From Clostridia bacterium (GTDB taxonomy: Bacteria > Bacillota > Clostridia > UMGS1883): a DNA stretch of 64,000 bases. Position 1 is the stretch's first letter. Every line of letters starts with the position of its first letter. Shown one piece after another: positions 16,480 to 26,046 of the stretch. The notes below the pieces were generated by a model. The model saw nothing but the letters and a program-made list of their open reading frames with translations. It had not been told where the DNA came from and made no database searches. The translations under genes were made by a program, and so were the position numbers. The DNA lies in contig JAUNBL010000005.1 of the NCBI GenBank assembly GCA_030527235.1, forward strand, positions 9,798 to 73,797. The letters run 5' to 3'.

Positions 16480-19266
16480 ATGAAAAAAGTTTTCGCAGCG
16501 CTGCTCGCATCTTGCATGCTTATTGCAATGTGTCCCGCATCTATGGCGGCATCACATGTTACTGTGCATGTGGACGCGGCAGACACCTCGCCCTTCGGCG
16601 CGTTTGAGGGCTGGGGAACTTCGCTTTGCTGGTGGGCATCGCATTTTGGCGATTTACCTGAAGATGAGCGTAAAGCGCTTGTCGCCGCGTTTTTTGACGA
16701 GGAGACGGGGCTTGGGCTAAACATTGCACGCTACAACATCGGAGGAGGCGATGATCCCACTCACAATCATTTGAGGTCTGACGGACGAGCAGTTCCGGGA
16801 TATATGAACAAAGACGGAAGCTACAATTTTGACGCCGACCAAAACCAGGTCAATATTTTGAAGGACGCTATTTCCTATGGCTGTGACATAGTGGAGGCAT
16901 TCTCTAATTCGCCGCCGTATTTTATGACAAAAAGCGGATGCACGAGCGGCGGTGAGGACCCCAGCGTAAACAATATAGACCCCGCGATGTTTGACGAATT
17001 TGCCGACTATCTCACAGAGGTTGTCCTCTATCTTCGCGATAAGCAGGGCATTGAGGTTGACACGCTTGAACCAATGAACGAGCCTGACACTAATTATTGG
17101 AAGGCGGGCGGCTCACAAGAGGGTTGCCACATAGACGCAGAGGACCACAGTGCACTTATCGTTGCAGTTGACAAAGCGCTTAAAGCGAAAGGACTTACCC
17201 AAACGGCTGTTGCCGCGGCGGACGAGACAAGCGTTGATACCATGCTCGGCTATCTTCCACTGTATACGGAAGAAGCAAAAGCGGCGCTTGGGCAGCTGAA
17301 TGTGCATACATATTGGGCCAGCAACTATGCGGGACTGCGCGATTTGGCCGTAGACTGGGGCAAAAAGCTCTACATGTCCGAAACGGATTACGACCGCGCC
17401 ATCGGCACAAACGCCGGAGAAATGGGGCCGGCGCTTTGGTTCTCGAACAAGATTACAACAGATTTGCGCTCACTTGAGGCTGCGGCATGGTGTGTGTGGC
17501 AGGTAACGGGTCCTGCTTATTCCGGCAGTAATTCGGACCGCGGGTATTGGTATCTTTCGCAGTATGACAGGGCAAATAAACGCCTTGACCTTTTCAAGAA
17601 ATATTACGCATTTGCGCACTACACAAAGTTTATCAGGCCGGGCTATTATCTTATGGCAACAGACTCTCCGGATGTTCTGGCTGCGTATGACCGCGTAAGC
17701 GGCAAAATAGTGCTTGTGGCAACCAACTACAAGCCATATGATATGACATTTGACTTTAATCTTTCGGGGTTCGCGTCCTCGGCAGCTGTTGTGGAGGCTT
17801 ACCGCACAAGCAAAACTCAGAACCTTGAAAAGATAACGGACGGGACATTAATCGGCAACACTCTCAAAACCACACTTTTGCAAAATACTATCACAACGTA
17901 TGTACTCTCTCCGCAAACTCCGCCGAGCGGAACGCTTTACGGCATGAGTATAAAAGAAGCCGGCGGAGCGACAAGCACGTTTTCGGGCAAGACGCTCAGC
18001 TTCAGCGCCTCTTTCCTGCCTGCTGAACAGCCAGACGCCAAACTTGTCTGGTCCGTGAGCGCACCGGAGGGAGCCTCTGTACCGGCAAGCGTCAATGAAA
18101 ACGGGGTGGTAACGGTAACCGGCCAGGGCAAGTTTACCGTTAAGGCGGCTCTTGAAAGCAATCTTGCGATTTATTCCACGCTTGACATTTCAAGCGTGGG
18201 CGAAGGAAGTGTTGTGCAGATAATAAATAAGCACTCCTCCCTCGCCCTTGCCGTAAACTCTGATGGGACGCTCATACAAACCGCACCGTCAGACGCTTCA
18301 AACCAGTACTGGAAGATGATGCGTTCTTACGCAGGGTATATGTTTATAAATCTAAAGACATCCCAAGCGCTTGACGGAGGTATATCGCTGCACACCTCAA
18401 AGCTTACGGCGGGAATTCCGCAAATGTGGAAAATCAAAGATGCGTCAGGCGGATATATGCTTGAAAATGCCGAAACCCACAAGGTCGCCGATGTTTTTGA
18501 CAGCTCAATGTCAGATGGCGGCAAGGTAGATATGTATGATTCAAACGGCGGAGATAATCAGATATGGAACTTTGTTCTCTCCGAACGAGAGGCTGTTCTT
18601 GAAACCGAAGAGGAGTTATCCGGCACAAAAATCAGCGCCTCTGTTCACAGCGGCACAGCGCCATATCTTCAGGATGAAAACGCTGCGTTTGACAAAGCAT
18701 TAGACAATGATTTCGAGACTTATTTTGACGCTGCCGATGCAAGCGAAAGCTCTGTCGTTTTTGATTTGGGAGAGGCAAGCGCGCCGCTTACACTGTTCAA
18801 ATACTGCCCGCGTTACGGTTACGCTTGGCGTATGCTGGGTGCAGAGCTTTACGGCTCAAACGACAACAGCACATGGACTAAAATTGCCTCGATTGAAACC
18901 GAACCGTCTGAATCGGTATGGAATTCCCTCTATATTGAAAACGACACTTCCTACCGTTATATTAAATACGTGACTCCCAAGGACGGGTATTGCAACATTG
19001 CGGAAGCGGAGTTTTGGAGCTATCCTCTCACCGTTACGGCGCAGCTGCATGACAAGCTTACAATAAGCGTGAAAAACTATTCCGGCCCTAAAAAGCTAAC
19101 TCTTACAATTACATATTATAAAGATGGTATCGCCGCGCAAACCGATACGCTCACAAAAGACGCCGGCCGTTTTTCCACCGTTGATTTTGAAAGTGAGATA
19201 AGAACCGGATTTGACAGCGCCGTAATTTCCATTGACAACGTATATAGCGCCTATATACATTTTTGA
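16480..19266 (+). CDS. Secreted glycoside hydrolase family 30-like enzyme with Big_2, ricin-type lectin and F5/8-type-C (discoidin) modules
   Basis: The signal peptide starts at MKKVFAALLAS. The FGAFEGWGTSLCWWA...NIARYNIGGG motif is typical of GH30 O-glycosyl hydrolases. Also present are a Big_2-like segment, Q.W repeats (QYWKM, QMWKI, QIWNF), and a discoidin-like segment. Confidence 0.8.
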   Translation: MKKVFAALLASCMLIAMCPASMAASHVTVHVDAADTSPFGAFEGWGTSLCWWASHFGDLPEDERKALVAAFFDEETGLGLNIARYNIGGGDDPTHNHLRSDGRAVPGYMNKDGSYNFDADQNQVNILKDAISYGCDIVEAFSNSPPYFMTKSGCTSGGEDPSVNNIDPAMFDEFADYLTEVVLYLRDKQGIEVDTLEPMNEPDTNYWKAGGSQEGCHIDAEDHSALIVAVDKALKAKGLTQTAVAAADETSVDTMLGYLPLYTEEAKAALGQLNVHTYWASNYAGLRDLAVDWGKKLYMSETDYDRAIGTNAGEMGPALWFSNKITTDLRSLEAAAWCVWQVTGPAYSGSNSDRGYWYLSQYDRANKRLDLFKKYYAFAHYTKFIRPGYYLMATDSPDVLAAYDRVSGKIVLVATNYKPYDMTFDFNLSGFASSAAVVEAYRTSKTQNLEKITDGTLIGNTLKTTLLQNTITTYVLSPQTPPSGTLYGMSIKEAGGATSTFSGKTLSFSASFLPAEQPDAKLVWSVSAPEGASVPASVNENGVVTVTGQGKFTVKAALESNLAIYSTLDISSVGEGSVVQIINKHSSLALAVNSDGTLIQTAPSDASNQYWKMMRSYAGYMFINLKTSQALDGGISLHTSKLTAGIPQMWKIKDASGGYMLENAETHKVADVFDSSMSDGGKVDMYDSNGGDNQIWNFVLSEREAVLETEEELSGTKISASVHSGTAPYLQDENAAFDKALDNDFETYFDAADASESSVVFDLGEASAPLTLFKYCPRYGYAWRMLGAELYGSNDNSTWTKIASIETEPSESVWNSLYIENDTSYRYIKYVTPKDGYCNIAEAEFWSYPLTVTAQLHDKLTISVKNYSGPKKLTLTITYYKDGIAAQTDTLTKDAGRFSTVDFESEIRTGFDSAVISIDNVYSAYIHF

Positions 19267-19280
19267 AACGCTCTAAATCT

Positions 19281-19314
19281 AAAACCGCGATGCGCAGCGC
19301 CTCGCGGTTTTTTT
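19281..19314. terminator. Bidirectional terminator between the GH30 and DUF4130 genes
   Basis: AAAACCGCGA...TCGCGGTTTTTTT, with an A-run on one side and a T-run on the other. Confidence 0.6.
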
Positions 19315-19315
19315 G

Positions 19316-20056
19316 TTACGGCTGAAACTCAGTCATGTCTTTTCGATATCGTTTGGGGAGCATATTAAGCTGGCAGCGCGGGTTGGCGCGTTCCTTAATG
19401 GCCACGGAATCAAAAAATCTTTTCCACAGCGTGCGCTGAATTATTTCGTCTTCAGTAACGGGCGGCGGCTCAAAACCTTTTGCGCTGACAACCATCTTGT
19501 TCTTAGTATCGTAAGCGCCCAGCAGCGCGCGATTTTTATCGTAAATCACAAACGCTATGGAACGCAGTCTGCCCACAAAATGAGCCATCAGGGGCTGCAA
19601 AACATTGTGTTTCGGAGATATTGCCGCATACAAGAAGCCCGCCTTTGTCTGCGAAAAGCGGCAAAACCCTCGCAAATGCTCCACCTCTCTGCCCACCTCA
19701 TCGCGCAGTTTGAAAAACTTGGCATTAACGCAATCGGCGCGGGAGCGGGCATCTTTGCTGTCATAAAACGCACTGTGAAGAAACGCGTAAATAGTCTCCT
19801 CCTTGTCTGACGCGCAGTTCAGGAAAGCATATGACACGTCATGATACGTACTTGCGCCCAGTTTCTCGCAAATGCCTTTTTGCACACGGGCAGAAAGCGC
19901 GTGGTCTGTCACCACGCGCTCTGTCTGCGAAAAAATATCATTCTGAACTCTGCCGGACGAGGCTATTGCGCTCACTGTCCTCCTATCGCGGAAAGCGCAA
20001 AACACCACAGTCAGAAAGCCTTCAAAAGTTCCGTCGTACTCGTAAGCAGTACTCAT
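19316..20056 (-). CDS. DUF4130 / TIGR03915-type probable DNA metabolism protein
   Basis: The N-terminus MSTAYEYDGTFEGFLTVVFCAF matches the signature start of this family. Its ATG overlaps the GH2 stop as ATGA. Confidence 0.65.
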   Translation of the reverse strand: MSTAYEYDGTFEGFLTVVFCAFRDRRTVSAIASSGRVQNDIFSQTERVVTDHALSARVQKGICEKLGASTYHDVSYAFLNCASDKEETIYAFLHSAFYDSKDARSRADCVNAKFFKLRDEVGREVEHLRGFCRFSQTKAGFLYAAISPKHNVLQPLMAHFVGRLRSIAFVIYDKNRALLGAYDTKNKMVVSAKGFEPPPVTEDEIIQRTLWKRFFDSVAIKERANPRCQLNMLPKRYRKDMTEFQP

Positions 20057-23000
20057 TTTTCTATCGCTGCGGTAAGCGGCTCAAATGCTCCGTCTGTACT
20101 AACTGCCATAATTTTCAGTGTGCAGCCGTTTTCGTATTCTGTAAGCGCAAACGTTGCTTGTGTCGCAGCAGAGGCTGAAAGATTAACATCTTTAACTTCC
20201 ACGGCTTTAAGTACTCCGCCCGAGTAAATCGCGGCAATCAGTTTTGCTCTGCCGGATGCGGGAGCATAGAGTTTTGCCGTCTTGCTGGCGCTGTCGTAGG
20301 TAAGGCTGTAATCCGACGAAGAGTATACGTTAAGATTATCCACTCTAAACTGCCACGAAGGCGCACCGCTTCCGCCCTTGAGCGAAACCTTGGCGATATT
20401 GGACGTGGCCGGCGAGTTAGTGCGGAAGGTATAGTTGCTCGCCACAAGAGTATTGTTAACATATACCGTATATGTTCTTGCGGCAATGTTTATCGTACCT
20501 CGCACGTGGTATGTCTGACCCGCAGAATACGAAAGCGAAGTTACCGCCGAGAACGCGCCGGCATTTCTCACGTCTATCGTGCCAGAGGGATTGAATCTGA
20601 CGGCACAATTATACGAATCCCATGTCGAAGGCGTATTTGATGACCCGACAAAGCCGACAAAGCCGTCAATGTTGTTTGAAAACGGCGTCGCGTCGTATTC
20701 AAAATTCACAACACCTGATACCGGTGTAAGTGCGGACGTTGTCCACGAATATGTCGAAAACAGCATGCTGTCCGCATTCAAAACCTGCTCCACAGAGCCG
20801 ATAAGCCTCATCTCGCCTATTTCACCGCTCCATGCGGAATTAGACGGGTTGGACAGGCGTAAAAAGCGAAATGCTCCGCTCTGGCGAGGCGTGTAGACCT
20901 GCCAGTCTGTTCTGTTAGTCACAGCGTTTGTGAGGGCAGACCATGTTTCCCCGTCCTGTGAAGCGTACAAAACCGTGCCCGCGCTCACCGAAGGATCGGC
21001 GCTGTAGGCTTTAATCCAAATTTCCGAAAGCGCTGCGCCATAGCCTTCGCCAAAATCAAATATCATCCACGATGATACTGACGGACATGTCGCCGCGCGA
21101 TTATCAGTCAACAGCGAATAGTTGTACGCTCCGTCCACATCATATGGCGTATGGATAGACGCGTATTGCGGTACGTTTATAACCTCAGTTCCGTCGGCAA
21201 GCGTCACCGTGTCATCAAGCTTCACAAGCGCTTTATACGCTTTATAAAGATTATCCGCTAAAGTTACAAATATCTCCGAAGATATGCTCGTTCCGCCAAG
21301 CGCGTCACAGGCGACAAGGTAATTGTCAAGCGTTTTCTGGTTATAGCGGCCAAGCGGGTCGAATTCGCTGCAAATCAAGTCAACAAAGGCATCCGCATTG
21401 TTAAATACTTCAAAATTATAAGTAATAATCCTCTCATCAGCGCCCTTGGTCACTATAACCTCTACTATGCCCGAACGTGTACCCTTGACAGTGAGCGTGC
21501 CGGCCGCATATACAAAATCCGCCGTGCCTTCAACTTCAATTTCACCCTCTATAGAAGTCAAAGGCGCACTGTACTCCCCGTCCTCAGGCAGGTAGTATGT
21601 GTTATTAATGCTGTAAACCTTGGGCGCAAACTCACCCAGAGCAGCCGAAAGTGAATTTCCGTAAGAGTCTACAAGCACAACATAGTCGCATAATTCACCC
21701 GCCAGTGAAATTGTCTCGCCTGCGTTGCACTCGCGCATGTAAATCTTATACGTGTCATGGTTCAAGCTGTTATTTCTCCACATCTCGCTGACACCTGTGT
21801 CTTCAAAGCCAGCGTCTGTAATCCACGTATGCGCAACGCCGCTGTCCGTCGCAAGGACAAAGACTTTTGCATTCTCCTTCATTTTGAACGTCATTCCGCC
21901 GTTATACTGTCCGTCACTCATACGCTTCGTTCCGATAAGACGCGCGTTCTGGATTATAGACGGAATTTTGGAAAACGTGTTGTCGCAGTTAGCCGTCTTA
22001 GCAGTATTATCGGATGCGCTCTGGTAATAAACTGCCTGATTCTCAACCAGAGGAGTATCCACATAAACGGGATGGTTCACAGAATTTGTGCAGTCAAGCG
22101 CTTCTATGGGCTCATCTCCCGCTGCTGCCGCACCTGTAGACGAGTTTGAGAAGTATATAACCGCCGTGTCCGTATTGCCGTCGGCATCTGTCGCCACAAT
22201 TGTATTCTTACCGTTTGTAAGCACACCGTCCCAATAGAATACATTATTTATAGCAAAATTATTCGGGTGCTTATATACGCCGTTGTCCTTAGTTCCCTTT
22301 GAAACACCGTTTACAGTCAGTGTCACGGCTGAAGAATTGGAATATACTTTTATTGCATTGCCTATATTCTCGCGTACAAACCAGTTCTTTCCAACAACCT
22401 GAAGCACGGGGATATCCTTACGCGCGTAAGCTCTCCAAAGGTAATACACATCCTTTTTATAGCCACCGTAGGTTATCATCGCCTTTGAGTTGATATGGCT
22501 CTTGTACTTGGTATCGCCGAACTCATAGAACGTCCAGTATGTATACATAGGAATCTGGTCCGGCGTTGTCACAAACGTGTATTGAAGCTGACGCTCCACA
22601 CAAAGCTGCTGATATTCTTCCGGCTCCCATGAATCGGTCAGCATTGCGGTTGTGCGCGCTCCGGTCACAAAGTAATCGTTGTGCGTTGTTGCCACGCCGC
22701 CCGCGCTTGTCTCCGAAATATAGTTACTGTTTGCGCCCGGGAAATCGTAATACTCACCGCTGTACCATCCGCGATAGAGGTTGAATCCAAAAATCGCGTC
22801 GGTGTCCTGCATTTGCGCGAACGTATACTGTGAGCCGGTATAACCCATTGAGCACGCATACGCTGCATAGCGAGAGGAATCTTCTTGTTTGACCACTTCA
22901 TAAAGCTCTCGGTTCGCAACAGGAATCTTATCTGTTTCATTTCCGAAGCTCCAGAACACAATCGAAGGATGGTTAAAATTCTGCCGCACCATCTCACGCG

Positions 23001-25098
23001 TTATCCGGCGCTGATTATACCACGCAAAATTATCCGATGCGCTGTCCCCTGACCATTGAATTGCCGTATTTCCGTTCTCCGCCCAAACTAAAAGTCCAAG
23101 TTCATCGCAGCGGTCATACTCGTACTTAACCCTCGGATAATGCGCCAGGCGCACAAAGTTCATTCCTTGGTCCTTAAATCCTCTGAGAATCATGTCGAAT
23201 TTTTCTTCAGTCATCACCGACACGCACTCTTCAAGCTCCTGATGATACGCCGCGCCTCTGAGCAGCTCACTCTTGCCGTTGAGCGTAGAGCTCGTGGGTG
23301 TCGTTTCATATGTACGAAAGCCCGTACGTTCTTCTACGACATCAACAACAACACCGCCCACGGAAAGCTCCACTTTTACGTCGTAAAGGTTGGGGTCCTC
23401 TATGCTCCAGCGCTGCGGATTATTTATATGTCCGCTCAAAGTCATGAACTGTTTGTTCGTTGCGTTAATCTCATACTCTTCGCTGCCGTTTGCAATCAGA
23501 AAGCCCGCCACATTAACATTGTAACCGTTCGACGTGCTTGCGGTTGACAAAGAGTTTTTCTCGTTAAGGTTAGTCACCTTAATCGTATGCGGACCAGTAT
23601 CGCCAAACTCATATTCCCATGTCCTAATACGTCTGCGCGATGCACTGTATAAGTCCACAGTTTCGGATTGTCCGTCCACTTCAACAAGAAGTTTGCCGCA
23701 ATCTGCGTTCTTGACGTTATACATTTCTATATAGTCGCCCTCAAAAGTTATCGTCATATACTCCTTGCCGAAGGAGCTGTAAGTTGTATTAAAATTCTGC
23801 GACTCGTTGCGTGACTCCATCACGTCGTATTTGTTAACGTAATAGTTCATATCGCTCATCGAAACCAGCCCGTCATATATTACAAGAGTATCAATTTCAA
23901 ACTCACCCGTTGATTTTGACGGATTTACATCATAGTCGGGACCGATTCCAAGCAGCCGTATCGTATGAGTGCCTTTTGGGACGACCGTTCTGAACGCCTC
24001 ATATTTATATGTATAACGATTTCCGCTCGTGCAAAGAGAAACCGTGTCCTTAAGCTCCCCGTCTATAAACACCTTCACTTTGCCCTTATTCGGACCGGTT
24101 GTAGCCGTCCAGACAACTGTAGTATTTTCATACGGCGCCGTGAACCTGTACTCCGCATAGCAGCTGTCCGCTTCCGCAGTTGGTTTTGCAATCCATGCTC
24201 CGCCGTTGCTGCGCGCGCTGCTTGTGTAAAAGGACCACGACTCCTCCGGATAATACGTAATACTCTTTGAAAACTCCGTATCATCAACAAGCGCGTCGTT
24301 GTAGGTTGATATGTCCCAGTTAGGCGAATAATAAAGCACCGCGTTGCTTGCCGCGACCTTCTGCGTGCCGCTGAGCTGGGCTGCCACTGCACCGGTCGGA
24401 TCCGTATAAGTCACGTTAACGGTAACGTCCTCTTCCTGTGCGCCTGCGTTTTTAAGAAGCACCTGCGCCGCAACGTCAACCCCGGCGTCCGTCAGATTGG
24501 ACTGTGAAAGATATACACCCGTGGATGCCATATCCGTTGGGTCAACATGCACCTTATTCGTCTTTGTAAGGCGTACATTTCTGTACATGCCTCCCCATTG
24601 CTGATACAGGCTCTGTATACACGGTATCGCATCTCTTATATCGTTCTCAATATTGCTCGCCATTACAGCTATTGTGTTCTCACCCGTACGCGCAACGTGG
24701 GTGATATCAAAATTGAACGCAGTATAGCCGCCCTTGTGTTTGCCCATATGTACGCCGTTTACATATACGTCCGCCACGCTCATAACGCCATCGAAGGTCA
24801 AATATAGCTCCTTATTCACATCTTCCTCTTCCAGGGTGAACGTGCGGCGGTACCACGCATTTGAGTAACGAGGACGGTTTTCATAATCCGCCCACGAATG
24901 CGGCACCGTTACCGATTCCCACTGTGAATCATCGTAGGCAACACCCTCAACGCCGGTCAAGGTATTGCTCGCGATAAATTTCCACTCTCCCGAAAGAGAA
25001 ATCTCTTCCCTTGTCGCTTCTTCCGCCGCCGCTTCAAAAGCTGCGGTCAGCGACATGACCATTGCAAGGACTAAAACCAAAGATAGAATTTTTTTCAT
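20053..25098 (-). CDS. Secreted multi-domain glycoside hydrolase family 2-like enzyme (1681 aa)
   Basis: The signal peptide is MKKILSLVLVLAMVMSL. It has a GH2 sugar-binding N-domain and a TIM barrel with NHPSIVFWSFGNE. Two inserted CBM-like modules, a discoidin-like domain, a LamG-like domain and a C-terminal beta module are also visible. Confidence 0.8.
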   Translation of the reverse strand: MKKILSLVLVLAMVMSLTAAFEAAAEEATREEISLSGEWKFIASNTLTGVEGVAYDDSQWESVTVPHSWADYENRPRYSNAWYRRTFTLEEEDVNKELYLTFDGVMSVADVYVNGVHMGKHKGGYTAFNFDITHVARTGENTIAVMASNIENDIRDAIPCIQSLYQQWGGMYRNVRLTKTNKVHVDPTDMASTGVYLSQSNLTDAGVDVAAQVLLKNAGAQEEDVTVNVTYTDPTGAVAAQLSGTQKVAASNAVLYYSPNWDISTYNDALVDDTEFSKSITYYPEESWSFYTSSARSNGGAWIAKPTAEADSCYAEYRFTAPYENTTVVWTATTGPNKGKVKVFIDGELKDTVSLCTSGNRYTYKYEAFRTVVPKGTHTIRLLGIGPDYDVNPSKSTGEFEIDTLVIYDGLVSMSDMNYYVNKYDVMESRNESQNFNTTYSSFGKEYMTITFEGDYIEMYNVKNADCGKLLVEVDGQSETVDLYSASRRRIRTWEYEFGDTGPHTIKVTNLNEKNSLSTASTSNGYNVNVAGFLIANGSEEYEINATNKQFMTLSGHINNPQRWSIEDPNLYDVKVELSVGGVVVDVVEERTGFRTYETTPTSSTLNGKSELLRGAAYHQELEECVSVMTEEKFDMILRGFKDQGMNFVRLAHYPRVKYEYDRCDELGLLVWAENGNTAIQWSGDSASDNFAWYNQRRITREMVRQNFNHPSIVFWSFGNETDKIPVANRELYEVVKQEDSSRYAAYACSMGYTGSQYTFAQMQDTDAIFGFNLYRGWYSGEYYDFPGANSNYISETSAGGVATTHNDYFVTGARTTAMLTDSWEPEEYQQLCVERQLQYTFVTTPDQIPMYTYWTFYEFGDTKYKSHINSKAMITYGGYKKDVYYLWRAYARKDIPVLQVVGKNWFVRENIGNAIKVYSNSSAVTLTVNGVSKGTKDNGVYKHPNNFAINNVFYWDGVLTNGKNTIVATDADGNTDTAVIYFSNSSTGAAAAGDEPIEALDCTNSVNHPVYVDTPLVENQAVYYQSASDNTAKTANCDNTFSKIPSIIQNARLIGTKRMSDGQYNGGMTFKMKENAKVFVLATDSGVAHTWITDAGFEDTGVSEMWRNNSLNHDTYKIYMRECNAGETISLAGELCDYVVLVDSYGNSLSAALGEFAPKVYSINNTYYLPEDGEYSAPLTSIEGEIEVEGTADFVYAAGTLTVKGTRSGIVEVIVTKGADERIITYNFEVFNNADAFVDLICSEFDPLGRYNQKTLDNYLVACDALGGTSISSEIFVTLADNLYKAYKALVKLDDTVTLADGTEVINVPQYASIHTPYDVDGAYNYSLLTDNRAATCPSVSSWMIFDFGEGYGAALSEIWIKAYSADPSVSAGTVLYASQDGETWSALTNAVTNRTDWQVYTPRQSGAFRFLRLSNPSNSAWSGEIGEMRLIGSVEQVLNADSMLFSTYSWTTSALTPVSGVVNFEYDATPFSNNIDGFVGFVGSSNTPSTWDSYNCAVRFNPSGTIDVRNAGAFSAVTSLSYSAGQTYHVRGTINIAARTYTVYVNNTLVASNYTFRTNSPATSNIAKVSLKGGSGAPSWQFRVDNLNVYSSSDYSLTYDSASKTAKLYAPASGRAKLIAAIYSGGVLKAVEVKDVNLSASAATQATFALTEYENGCTLKIMAVSTDGAFEPLTAAIEK

Positions 25099-25133
25099 AA
25101 AAACAACTCCCCCCAAAATTTGTTCTTGTAATT

Positions 25134-25162
25134 ATTGTACATCACTTCATAAAAAAAATCAA
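25134..25162 (-). promoter_or_regulatory. Candidate promoter of the GH2 gene
   Basis: The minus strand reads TTGATT, 17-nt spacer, TACAAT. Confidence 0.45.
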
Positions 25163-25177
25163 TAGCGTTTTTTACTA

Positions 25178-25206
25178 TTTACTTTTGCGTATATTGTTGT
25201 TATAAT
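25178..25206 (+). promoter_or_regulatory. Candidate promoter of proBA
   Basis: TTTACT, 17-nt spacer, TATAAT. Confidence 0.5.
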
Positions 25207-25266
25207 GGATAGCGTCTAAGATTACTGTAATTTTAGTTATTTCTCTATCTCCAAAGGAGCTCATAT

Positions 25267-26046
25267 ATGAAAAGAATTGTAATTAAAGTAGGTACATCAA
25301 CGCTTGCACATCCGAGCGGTAAGCTCAATCTGAGACATATAGAAGAACTCACCCGCGCAGTGTCGGATTTGTGCAACCGCGGCATTGAAGTGGTCCTTGT
25401 ATCTTCGGGCGCGATAGGGGCAGGCATGGGCAAGCTTTCGTTGAAGAACAGGCCTGCGGATGTACGGGAAAAGCAAGCCTGCGCCGCCGTGGGACAGGCG
25501 GAGCTGATGACAATGTACATTCGTTTTTTTGCCATGTATTCGCAAACAGCCGCTCAGATACTTATTACGAAGGATGTTATAGACGACCCCAATCGCCACG
25601 AAAATGCCGTAAATACGTTTAACACGCTGCTTGACTGGCATATAATACCGATAGTTAACGAGAACGACACCATTTCCGTAGAGGAAATTCTGTTTGGCGA
25701 CAACGATACGTTGAGCGCTATAGTTGCCACAATAGTGAAGGCGGATACGCTCATAATACTTTCGGACATTGACGGTCTTTACGATAAAGACCCGCGGCTT
25801 CACAAGGATGCAAAAATAATCCAAACTGTACACGAAATAACTCCGGACATCATGCATGCCGCCGCACCAAGCGCCACAGCACAGGGAACCGGCGGGATGA
25901 CAACAAAGATTCATGCCGCAAAAATCGCTCTTGAAAACGGAATTGATATGATTATCGCAAATGGAAAAAATCCCGAAAAAGCGCTGTACAGCATTTTGGA
26001 CGGCGAAAGCATCGGTACTCTTTTTACCAAAGGAGAAAAAAGATGA
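25267..26046 (+). CDS. proB: Glutamate 5-kinase (short form, no PUA domain)
   Basis: IVIKVGTSTL...VLVSSGAIGAG...NENDT, followed by proA with a 4-nt overlap. Confidence 0.9.
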   Translation: MKRIVIKVGTSTLAHPSGKLNLRHIEELTRAVSDLCNRGIEVVLVSSGAIGAGMGKLSLKNRPADVREKQACAAVGQAELMTMYIRFFAMYSQTAAQILITKDVIDDPNRHENAVNTFNTLLDWHIIPIVNENDTISVEEILFGDNDTLSAIVATIVKADTLIILSDIDGLYDKDPRLHKDAKIIQTVHEITPDIMHAAAPSATAQGTGGMTTKIHAAKIALENGIDMIIANGKNPEKALYSILDGESIGTLFTKGEKR

